DNA of 41,539 bases from a virus (lineage: Duplodnaviria; Caudoviricetes): the IMG/VR virus record IMGVR_UViG_3300048589_000132, positions 1-41,539 of that record; one strand, 5' to 3'. Numbering within the stretch: position 1 is the first letter of the stretch; each line of letters begins with the position of its first letter. The position numbers and the translations under genes are program-made. Below are positions 1 through 7,343 of the stretch, one piece after another. The notes beneath the pieces are model-generated. The model saw nothing but the letters and a program-made list of their open reading frames with translations, was not told the origin of the DNA and did no database searches.

Positions 1-38
1 CCCAAGTATAAGAAGCCGCGCGCGCCGCGTCAATCCTA

Positions 39-66
39 TTGACACAGATTCATGATGCGCTATAAT
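39..66 (+). promoter_or_regulatory. sigma70-type promoter of the tRNA gene
   Basis: TTGACA (39-44), 16-bp spacer, TATAAT (61-66), 12 nt upstream of the tRNA. Confidence 0.85.
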
Positions 67-78
67 GCCTCCTTGTTG

Positions 79-150
79 TGCGGGGTAGAGCAGTGGCAGC
101 TCGTCGGGCTCATAACCCGGAGGTCGCAGGTTCGAATCCTGCCCCCGCGA
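79..150 (+). tRNA. tRNA-Met(CAT), initiator (fMet) type; CCA not encoded
   Basis: Cloverleaf: acceptor TGCGGGG/CCCCGCG plus discriminator A, anticodon arm TCGGG-CTCATAA-CCCGG with three consecutive G-C pairs, T-loop GGTTCGAATCC, non-Watson-Crick 1:72 pair. Confidence 0.95.
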
Positions 151-157
151 CTCTTTG

Positions 158-187
158 AAAGTCCCGAGAAATCGGGATTTTCTTTTT
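158..187 (+). terminator. Rho-independent terminator after the tRNA
   Basis: TCCCGA-GAAA-TCGGGA hairpin followed by a T-rich tract. Confidence 0.8.
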
Positions 188-209
188 ATACCGTAGCTTA
201 TACAGTAGC
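186..209. repeat. 12-bp tandem direct repeat, possible integrase arm-type sites
   Basis: TTATACCGTAGC (186-197) and TTATACAGTAGC (198-209), just downstream of the tRNA 3' end. Confidence 0.5.
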
Positions 210-227
210 GTGTAAGTTTTTCTTAAT

Positions 228-743
228 CTACTTCTTCTTGCGTGCGGGGAACTTGAATAACGGGTGCTGGGAACGCTCTCTAGCAGTGATTTCCATCTCA
301 CAGTCGTGATCAGTATTCCAATAGGGTTCGCCTCTCTCGGTCTTTTCCCGCCTCGCTTTCATAACCTCTCTAAATGATTTATCTGTGCCGTCGTAGTTAT
401 CGAAGGCTTGTTGCATGTCCCCGTGTACTACGAAGTGTTTTTTTTGGTCTATGTATCTTTCCCCCATCTTCGGTTAGTTTCTAATTCTATTACTTGGACA
501 TCTCCCCACGTGTTGACAAGAAAATAAAGTTATCAGGTTCTCCGGCTCGTTTTTACCTCCAGCACCTACAGGCAAGACATGGTGCACTTCAAGGTGTGGA
601 CAAGGTCTGTTATCGTAGGGACAATTTTCGTTTGTGTGGAAGCCTTTTTCTTCGGAGTAGTTGCGGAGTTGGGAGTGGAAGTCGTCACGCTGGAGGATCG
701 AAAGTCTTTCTTGTTTGGTAAGTCTTATTCTATTCCCCTCCAT
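228..743 (-). pseudogene. HNH endonuclease-family gene interrupted by an in-frame TAA (ORFs 474-743 and 228-467)
   Basis: HNH motif LEVHHVLPVGAGGKNEPENLITL in 474-743; both ORFs share a frame and are joined by AAC TAA CCG AAG ATG. Confidence 0.55.
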
Positions 744-1071
744 GTTCGATGGGGTCGTCCCTCTTTAAAATATCATACCAGTGGGTGTCGTCAAGTAGCG
801 ATTGATAATCTTCGTCGTCATAGTCGGGAGTTTTTACATATCTTTCGACTAGCTTACTCATATAGAAGGCTTCGACTGCGGTTCTTTCTGGTGGGGTGGC
901 ATAGTAAATGTAACCTTCAACAGGAAATGGCGGTGCATCTTTAATTGGAATATCTTTGGGAATAAATCTTGAAGCATCCCTTCGGGGAGCACAGTGTTCG
1001 AAACAAGCTCTGGTGCCGGCGTTCTCACAGATGTTCCTACAGTGTGATGGTGGTATAACCCTTTCTACCAT
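730..1071 (-). CDS. Small Cys/His-rich hypothetical protein, paralog of 1936-2229
   Basis: C-x3-C-x-N-x5-C-x2-HC motif; TATAAT 6 nt upstream of the ATG. Confidence 0.7.
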   Translation of the reverse strand: MVERVIPPSHCRNICENAGTRACFEHCAPRRDASRFIPKDIPIKDAPPFPVEGYIYYATPPERTAVEAFYMSKLVERYVKTPDYDDEDYQSLLDDTHWYDILKRDDPIEHGGE

Positions 1072-1109
1072 TGAGATATTATAAACCTTGAAAGCAAGTT
1101 TTGCCTTTC

Positions 1110-1380
1110 TAGATACAGTCCCCCCAACTTACTAATGTAAGTGTTACTGTCATTTCTAAGCGGTCTGATTTCTCCTACGGTCAACGTTCCAGGTCTGGCT
1201 TTACACTCGCGCAGGCTTATGTCCTAGGTGCTATCGACTTGCACGATAGCCTTCCAGTACGGTTATCCCTTTCGGGAAGCTTCTGGTAAACCCTTGGTCT
1301 GATGGTCCATCAGCCAAGCTCTACAACTTATAAAATGACTTATGAATGTGCTTGTCCTTATCGTTAGGTTTGGACAAATA
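1110..1380 (-). ncRNA. Putative structured non-coding RNA or ssDNA element
   Basis: No listed ORF in the ~320-nt gap; at least five hairpins, including UCCC-GAAA-GGGA and GCUAUCG-UGCAAGU-CGAUAGC on the minus strand. Confidence 0.5.
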
Positions 1381-1390
1381 AAAATCCACA

Positions 1391-1771
1391 CTACAAGGTC
1401 TCCATGTTCTTAATCTCGTTTAGTGACTTGTTTGGTACATAGAAGAGTGTGACGTGGTTAACTCTCTCTTTCGCTGCTAACCCTTCTTTGACAAGGTTAT
1501 TTAGATAGGGTCTTACAGTCCCGCCAGTGTAACCTGTTGCCAGTTCTACCTCGTTTGCTGTCGATCCTTCAATCAGTTCCCATTTTCCAAGCACGTTTGC
1601 TGCTTTCTTTCCCAATAGATAAGTAAGGATTCTTGCCTTTATGGATAGATCGTTAGGTCGAAGATGAACTTCACCGCTTGGTCTATCTATTCGCACATAA
1701 GGCTCAATCAGCTCCTCCAAAAGCTGTTCGTCTAGTTCCACTTCGTCGAATATTAAATCTGTTAGTGCCAT
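1391..1771 (-). CDS. Winged-helix DNA-binding protein
   Basis: C-terminal STANEVELATGYTGGTVRPYLNNLVKEGL..ER pattern typical of wHTH. Confidence 0.7.
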   Translation of the reverse strand: MALTDLIFDEVELDEQLLEELIEPYVRIDRPSGEVHLRPNDLSIKARILTYLLGKKAANVLGKWELIEGSTANEVELATGYTGGTVRPYLNNLVKEGLAAKERVNHVTLFYVPNKSLNEIKNMETL

Positions 1772-1840
1772 ATAGTTAATCTCGCCTCAGGGGATTAGTA
1801 ACTTGCCCAGAACTAACCCCCAGAACCGGTATTAAGCCAT

Positions 1841-1939
1841 TAAAAAACCCATCCGCTGATTAGACCAGATGGGTTTGCTAATATTCTAGTTGATCTAATC
1901 AGTACATTTCAAGTTACCACTCTGAAAAGACTATTTCAA
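1841..1939 (-). promoter_or_regulatory. Promoter plus attenuator leader upstream of the wHTH gene
   Basis: TTGAAA(1934-1939)-17 bp-TGgTAACTT(1911-1916), then terminator AACCCATC...GATGGGTT-TTTT whose loop is complementary to the leader 5' end. Confidence 0.6.
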
Positions 1940-2229
1940 GTGGCAACTTTGCCGTTATTCGTGCGTGTGCGGTATGAAACTTGTCTACCTTGCAGATAAT
2001 CAACTACCTTCCCCAAATAGAAACCTGCGCATTTTTGTCTCTCAATAGCGTTCATTTCGTTGTTAAACTCTTGCACTGGAAACTGTGGTGCTTCAGCGAG
2101 TGTCATATCTTTAGGCTTGAAGAACGATGTGTCCCTACGAACTGCACAATGGGTAACACACTGTTCGTTCATGGCGTTCGTACAAATATCGCCACACCAA
2201 ATTCGGGGGTAAGCTATTTTACGCTCCAT
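1936..2229 (-). CDS. Small Cys/His-rich hypothetical protein, paralog of 730-1071
   Basis: WCGDICTNAMNEQCVTHCAVRRDTSFFKPKD aligns with HCRNICENAGTRACFEHCAPRRDASRFIPKD. Confidence 0.7.
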   Translation of the reverse strand: MERKIAYPRIWCGDICTNAMNEQCVTHCAVRRDTSFFKPKDMTLAEAPQFPVQEFNNEMNAIERQKCAGFYLGKVVDYLQGRQVSYRTRTNNGKVAT

Positions 2230-3736
2230 CCTTCTTCACCCCCTTCCGTGTCTTCTCCTCTACCAATTCCCTTCTATCTATTACATCAAGAGCCTGTCTG
2301 ATTTCAATAGCCCTACGGTCAAACAATTCTTCTTTGATCGTGTCGAGTTGACCTTCGGCTAGAGTAGACTGCGGTTTCTCTCGGGTCTTTTCGATAAATG
2401 CCACAAAGCCCTCCTTATCTCTTTCATTGAGATACCGCCTCATGGCCAGCTGCCGCCAACCTAAACGTTGCAACCAATTAGATTCCTTCAAGTACTGTCC
2501 TCGGTCTGGTTCCAACTGATCCATGCCCTTGTCGTTTTCCAACTTAATCTCAAGCGGATCGTAGGGAATTGTCTGCTGAGCAAACTTATACGCATCGCTG
2601 TGATTATCCAGTGCGAATGTTACCAAGTTGCCCATGTTCCAGATTTGTTCTTTAAGTAGTTCGTCCAGTTGCCAGAAAGCCTGAATTACAAAAATCGGAC
2701 ACAACCTGCGTGATCGGTAGTAAGCGGATATCTGTCCTATTTCCTCGGATAGACCCTTGAATTTGAATAACTGATACACCTCGTCAATCACTAGAAGTAC
2801 AGGCTTGTTTCTCTTGTCATGGGGTATGCGTTTATTGATTAGAGCCTTTAGACTTGCGTATTCATCCCAGAACACAAATGCCTGAGCCTTCTTTTGGTTA
2901 GTCAACTCCGAGCCGTCAATAAAGTAGATAAGCCCTTTCCTTATAATCTCCTCGATGGTTACGCCTGGTCTGTAATAACCATACCTAGCCCTTAGGGGTT
3001 TGGTGTCAATCACTCCCAGTGCGCTAGTTAGTGCGAATGTCCTAGATTCCCTTCCAGCGGCTGATAATTGCTCCTTGAGAAGCGATTGCCTGAAATGCTT
3101 AGCCACTGTCGGAAGTTCACCCGCAACCTTCCTACATGCGATATCTAACTGACCACCCTCGAAAGTATCTTCAAGTAAGCTGTTGACCTCGGTGATCTGC
3201 CAACTCTCGCCGTACTCATTCTTTAAAGCTTGTACCAAGCGAAAGATATTAGGAGCGGTGTTTGTGATAGCCTTTGCCATTACAGGGGTTTGTTCAAGTA
3301 ACTCGGTGTTAAGTTGCTCGATGATCATGGTTACTTTCTGGACCAACTCCTCATCACTTAACCCATACGAAGAATGAAATATCGGTTTAGGGAGTACCTT
3401 GGTAGGATGACCAGGCTTATCGTAAACAATCCTCTTACCTATCTTTTCATGGTCGTCCCGCCCCAATGACATCCATATTTCAAGGAACTCATTCGTCAAA
3501 GATCCTGAAGCATCTAAAACGATGACAGGTCTATCGGGTTTCTCTAGTGCATACTCGATCAAAATTCCTGCAAGCCATGTGGTCTTACCCGTACCGGGAT
3601 TACCAGTCACGAGTGTCCCTCGTGTAAGTGAATCAAAATACAGACCATCGTAGTCACTCTCTTTGACATCTGGAAAGTCGGGCAGGCTAGATATCTTTCT
3701 GCCAAATAGGAAGTTGAGTGTTTTAAAGTCAAGCAT
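2219..3736 (-). CDS. VirD4/TraD/HerA-like P-loop ATPase (type IV coupling protein-like)
   Basis: Walker A GNPGTGKT, IVLDASGSL, Walker B LLVIDE, downstream FVIQ motif; adjacent to a relaxase-like gene. Confidence 0.75.
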   Translation of the reverse strand: MLDFKTLNFLFGRKISSLPDFPDVKESDYDGLYFDSLTRGTLVTGNPGTGKTTWLAGILIEYALEKPDRPVIVLDASGSLTNEFLEIWMSLGRDDHEKIGKRIVYDKPGHPTKVLPKPIFHSSYGLSDEELVQKVTMIIEQLNTELLEQTPVMAKAITNTAPNIFRLVQALKNEYGESWQITEVNSLLEDTFEGGQLDIACRKVAGELPTVAKHFRQSLLKEQLSAAGRESRTFALTSALGVIDTKPLRARYGYYRPGVTIEEIIRKGLIYFIDGSELTNQKKAQAFVFWDEYASLKALINKRIPHDKRNKPVLLVIDEVYQLFKFKGLSEEIGQISAYYRSRRLCPIFVIQAFWQLDELLKEQIWNMGNLVTFALDNHSDAYKFAQQTIPYDPLEIKLENDKGMDQLEPDRGQYLKESNWLQRLGWRQLAMRRYLNERDKEGFVAFIEKTREKPQSTLAEGQLDTIKEELFDRRAIEIRQALDVIDRRELVEEKTRKGVKKDGA

Positions 3737-4439
3737 AGAGATTCACCTTTTCCCCTCTCCAGATATAAATCTGACGTGATAACTGCTCCCCATAAGGAAC
3801 TGAGTAAAACTGTCTCGCATCTGTGAAGTAGAAATTGTTAAAATCATGCTGCGCGGCAAACTTCTCTACTTCCCACTCTGGAGCATCTATCACCCACACT
3901 ACATATGGCTCTGCCGAAAACTCCTCTCTAAACTTGCTTAGATTTTCTTTGTATAACTGGAGCCTCTTTTCAATGAGCTTTTTTCTTCTGAAGTTATCGG
4001 GAGTTGAATACTCAAACAGCAGTACGACTGCGTCACCACCGTTATACCGAACAGCAAACTCTGGAACTGGATTGAATCTCCTCGCCCTGAAGTCCCTCTC
4101 GCTAACGTATTCCCCAACCTTTGAAAGATGAAACCGAACGAGTGCATCCGTACACATTAGCCCATGAATAAGGCGATAATCACTACCTCGTTGACCAGGT
4201 AAGGCATAAATAAATCTTCCCTGATATCTCTTGCGTTTTAGAAGTCTCTTCCGGGTCAACACGGGCAAGTTATACTCCACCCCTTTGAGTCGCAAATCCC
4301 GCCCCTTTATGACTCGCACGAAGTGACCTCTCTCAGCCCAATGAAAAAGGTACGCCCACTCCAAAATAATATCTTGGTTAAGTGTATTCATGTCTCTCCA
4401 GAGTAATACTGGTGGAGAGGACACCTCCCTCCCCACCAT
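3729..4439 (-). CDS. Replication-relaxation (Replic_Relax)-like protein
   Basis: wHTH-like N-terminus, conserved His (LIHGLMCTD), PD-(D/E)xK-like VPEFAVRY...LLFEY, KxxxY helix; stop overlaps the ATPase start. Confidence 0.6.
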   Translation of the reverse strand: MVGREVSSPPVLLWRDMNTLNQDIILEWAYLFHWAERGHFVRVIKGRDLRLKGVEYNLPVLTRKRLLKRKRYQGRFIYALPGQRGSDYRLIHGLMCTDALVRFHLSKVGEYVSERDFRARRFNPVPEFAVRYNGGDAVVLLFEYSTPDNFRRKKLIEKRLQLYKENLSKFREEFSAEPYVVWVIDAPEWEVEKFAAQHDFNNFYFTDARQFYSVPYGEQLSRQIYIWRGEKVNLYA

Positions 4440-4448
4440 CTTATCACT

Positions 4449-4766
4449 TCAAATCAACAAACTAAGTATCCTAGGCACGAGCCACACCGTGGCGTAAGCT
4501 AGAATGATCCAACCCACCAGTACACAGACATAAGCTAGTAGACCGAATATCGATCGCAGTTCCGCTTCGTAGAGGGAAAGCCCCTCACGTTCAGTAACAC
4601 ACCTTCGAGTCCACTCAACTGCTACTGCTTCGCACTCTTCACTGACCCCTTTACTAAAGAACTTGATACACATCGAACTACTCACAAGCATGACCCAGAT
4701 CAATCTTGCGATGTAGGGTGTAGCCAGTCGAGTAATCGTCGTGATTCGTTGTATTGTTCGCCACAT
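4449..4766 (-). CDS. Small membrane protein (two hydrophobic segments)
   Basis: Two hydrophobic helices; likely start is the ATG at 4766 overlapping the upstream stop (TGATG). Confidence 0.6.
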   Translation of the reverse strand: MWRTIQRITTITRLATPYIARLIWVMLVSSSMCIKFFSKGVSEECEAVAVEWTRRCVTEREGLSLYEAELRSIFGLLAYVCVLVGWIILAYATVWLVPRILSLLI

Positions 4767-5179
4767 CACAACCACTCCGCTATTGATATCCATCGGCCGT
4801 CTACGACTACAATCAACTTCGGGTCTGTGAGCATTGCCTCAAATACTAATACCGTTGCAATGGCCATGACCGACAACCCGACACGCGCCACCTTCTTGGC
4901 AACCTCACCGAATGTCGCTGGCTTAGTAAGATCATCAGCAATAATGATCTGCTGGATAGGGAAGTTGGACCCCACCATCTCTAACCTTCGGTGCGCTTCG
5001 TTGGGGATGTGAAACCCTTGGGGCAATTCGTCGATAGGGTAGTAGACATACCTCTCATCGCGCTCTGTCTCTGTGAGAATCCCCTTGCGCTCCAACACCT
5101 TGAAGGTCATTCCGCATTGTTGTCCGAACTCCATTACTGACTGAACCGTGTCCACTCTCTGAATCACTAACGTTTGCAT
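4766..5179 (-). CDS. Hypothetical protein with one TM segment; first gene of the relaxase operon
   Basis: AAGGAG RBS upstream; hydrophobic VARVGLSVMAIATVLVF. Confidence 0.65.
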   Translation of the reverse strand: MQTLVIQRVDTVQSVMEFGQQCGMTFKVLERKGILTETERDERYVYYPIDELPQGFHIPNEAHRRLEMVGSNFPIQQIIIADDLTKPATFGEVAKKVARVGLSVMAIATVLVFEAMLTDPKLIVVVDGRWISIAEWL

Positions 5180-5294
5180 TTGCCATTCTCCTTGAATGAA
5201 TTTAAAATCTGCTCCAGCAGTTAGTGTCAGCGTAGATCGTTAAGTTCATTAAGCAATTAAGATTTTCGGGCTGTTTTGTGTCTCAGGAGGGGTC

Positions 5295-6392
5295 ATGGAC
5301 GCAAGCGACATTAAATCCCGCGTAAGTCTCCTTAATCCAGACCAATTAGCGGTTGCCAAGCTCCTCTGCCAACACCCAGAGTACAAGGACAGTGATATTG
5401 CTGATGATCTACCCTTCAGCGAAAGCACATCAAGAAACTTAAGGCGTGAGGTAATAGCCACACTCAAGCCCTTCACCCTTCAAGAATCCTGCCCCTACAT
5501 ACTTGGTGTTGCCGACGAAGAAACAGACCGATCTATTAGAAGGCTGTTTGGCACTCCTCCCCAAACACCACCAACTGAAATCAAAGACGAACCCAGGCGT
5601 AGAAGCCCCATACTTTTGATCCTCGGCGGTCTAGTCGGACTTGTCGTCCTATACTGGTTACTGGATGCCGTACTACCAATCACAGTGACTAACGAAATAG
5701 AGGTAACAAGAATAGCCGAGGTGACAGCACCTCCCGTAAGGGAAACTGTTCTTGTAACATCCCCCCCTGAACTTCAGACGGTACAGGTTACATCTTTAGC
5801 AACTGTGTTAGTTCCTACGGTGATTATCGAAACTGCGTTAGCTACTGTAGAGGTTCCTGTGCTTGTCGAAGTAACACCCGCTCCGACTGCGACACCTACC
5901 CCGATTGCTCAAAGCGAGTACATAGAGGATTTTGACGATCTAAGTATCGACCCTGCATTTAGAGTTGTGGGCGATCCGCAATTTGCCCAAGGCAGAATGA
6001 ATGCTGGACCTAATGTGACGATCTCAATCGGGGATGAATCGTGGAAAAACTACTCGTTGAGTTTTGATGCTGACACCTTGGGTTCTGGACAATTTATCCA
6101 AATGACAGTACGCGACAGAGGTACTTCAAAGCTTCGTTTTCTTCAAAATAGCCCCTACTGGTGGACTGGTGACTGGCAGTATATGAACCAAAGCGGGGAA
6201 TTTGTATCTCTCATCGATAGCAATAATCCCTGGCGGTCAAGGGTTGAGATTCTGGTCGAAGATGACCGCGTGATTCACACCCACACAGAAAAGACCGTTA
6301 CAATCGCAAACACCTATTCAGACTCAGGTGGAATTACAATCACGATTGGTAACATGTGGCTCGATAACCTAGTCATCACACGCTTAGATTAG
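5295..6392 (+). CDS. Membrane-tethered regulator-like protein: N-terminal HTH, TM helix, Pro/Thr linker, beta-rich (lectin-like) extracellular domain
   Basis: LNPDQLAVAKLL...DSDIADDLPFSESTSRN (LuxR/sigma4-like HTH), TM PILLILGGLVGLVVLYWLL, TPAPTATPTP linker, EDFDD...WKNYSLSFD domain; AGGAGG RBS. Confidence 0.65.
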   Translation: MDASDIKSRVSLLNPDQLAVAKLLCQHPEYKDSDIADDLPFSESTSRNLRREVIATLKPFTLQESCPYILGVADEETDRSIRRLFGTPPQTPPTEIKDEPRRRSPILLILGGLVGLVVLYWLLDAVLPITVTNEIEVTRIAEVTAPPVRETVLVTSPPELQTVQVTSLATVLVPTVIIETALATVEVPVLVEVTPAPTATPTPIAQSEYIEDFDDLSIDPAFRVVGDPQFAQGRMNAGPNVTISIGDESWKNYSLSFDADTLGSGQFIQMTVRDRGTSKLRFLQNSPYWWTGDWQYMNQSGEFVSLIDSNNPWRSRVEILVEDDRVIHTHTEKTVTIANTYSDSGGITITIGNMWLDNLVITRLD

Positions 6393-6417
6393 TGCCTGTG
6401 GCTTTGTAGAATCAATT

Positions 6418-6615
6418 TTAAGCCCTCTGTCCCCTTGAAGTGGATAGATTACCCCCTACACGCACACCCTTACTATCGTAGATGTCTTTGTAATATTCGT
6501 TTCCATTAAAGGGTCTGACCGCGATTTCTACTAAATACTTTGCCTTGGGATCTCTTTCGGTCTCTTTCCCAAGCAGTCTGTTTCGTTGACCTTTGTCTAG
6601 TGCTACTTCTTTCAT
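6418..6615 (-). CDS. Hypothetical protein
   Basis: ATGA overlap with 6612-6878. Confidence 0.55.
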   Translation of the reverse strand: MKEVALDKGQRNRLLGKETERDPKAKYLVEIAVRPFNGNEYYKDIYDSKGVRVGGNLSTSRGQRA

Positions 6616-6878
6616 TTCTTTGGACTGACACGTTTTTTGATGTTTAAATCTTCCACAGCGTCTCTAAATATTCCACCCTCTAATCGCTTATCCATTTCGT
6701 CGTGCAATACTTGCACGTTGGCCTTCCATTCGACTGAAGATGTCTCTCCTTCTTCCTGTGCTTTTGCTCCGTCAAACCATCTAGCTGGATTCTTTGCCTG
6801 GGCGATTCTGTCCGCAAGACCAAACAACTCGTTAAAGTCTTTGTCTGTCTTTCCCACTCTGCGTTCATTTCTGCCCAT
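6612..6878 (-). CDS. Hypothetical protein
   Basis: ORF co-oriented with neighbours and coupled to the next gene. Confidence 0.55.
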   Translation of the reverse strand: MGRNERRVGKTDKDFNELFGLADRIAQAKNPARWFDGAKAQEEGETSSVEWKANVQVLHDEMDKRLEGGIFRDAVEDLNIKKRVSPKK

Positions 6879-6903
6879 ATTTTCGATCTAACTTGCAACC
6901 ATT

Positions 6904-6965
6904 TGCTATAATTGTTTATAGACGAGGATAGTTGGCTGGAACCGGCTTTAAACCTCGTCTATTTT
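6904..6965 (+). ncRNA. Extended -10 promoter followed by a ~48-nt hairpin (small RNA or bidirectional terminator)
   Basis: TGcTATAAT (6904-6912); 10-bp stem ATAGACGAGG(6918-6927)/CCTCGTCTAT(6953-6962) followed by T's. Confidence 0.45.
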
Positions 6966-6967
6966 AA

Positions 6968-7159
6968 TTACTTCACTTTCTTGTTTGGGACTGCCCACAC
7001 GACAACCGAAGTTGCCAACAAAGTTACAGCGTCTGTAACAGTCATGTCTTCAGTTACTCCAAACTTTGCAAGCACCCCAAGGACGACTGCTACCAATAAC
7101 GGCATTACAGCTTTGTTATACGGTGCTACTGCTTTTAAAACTTTACTCATTCTTATCAC
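6968..7159 (-). CDS. Holin-like protein
   Basis: 63 aa, two TM segments, basic C-terminus (VWAVPNKKVK), in the lysis module. Confidence 0.7.
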   Translation of the reverse strand: MIRMSKVLKAVAPYNKAVMPLLVAVVLGVLAKFGVTEDMTVTDAVTLLATSVVVWAVPNKKVK

Positions 7160-7343
7160 TTCCTTTCAGCCACTCCTTCTTCAATTTCTTTTCTAACTTT
7201 CGAACCTTCAGCGCCTGTTTTTCTTCAACCTTCGGATCGTCTGTTCGTTCTGCGATGAACCTCGCCTCTCTGATCCTCATCATCAGATCTAACTTTGGAT
7301 CGATTGGCACTATCCTCTCTGTCATTCCTCCTTGGGTTTCCAA
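7143..7343 (-). CDS. Small basic hypothetical protein
   Basis: Overlaps both endolysin and holin ORFs in the same orientation. Confidence 0.5.
   Translation of the reverse strand: METQGGMTERIVPIDPKLDLMMRIREARFIAERTDDPKVEEKQALKVRKLEKKLKKEWLKGSDKNE

Noticed and set aside
52-309. ORFs overlapping the tRNA on both strands
   Set aside because: Spurious translations of the tRNA and terminator.
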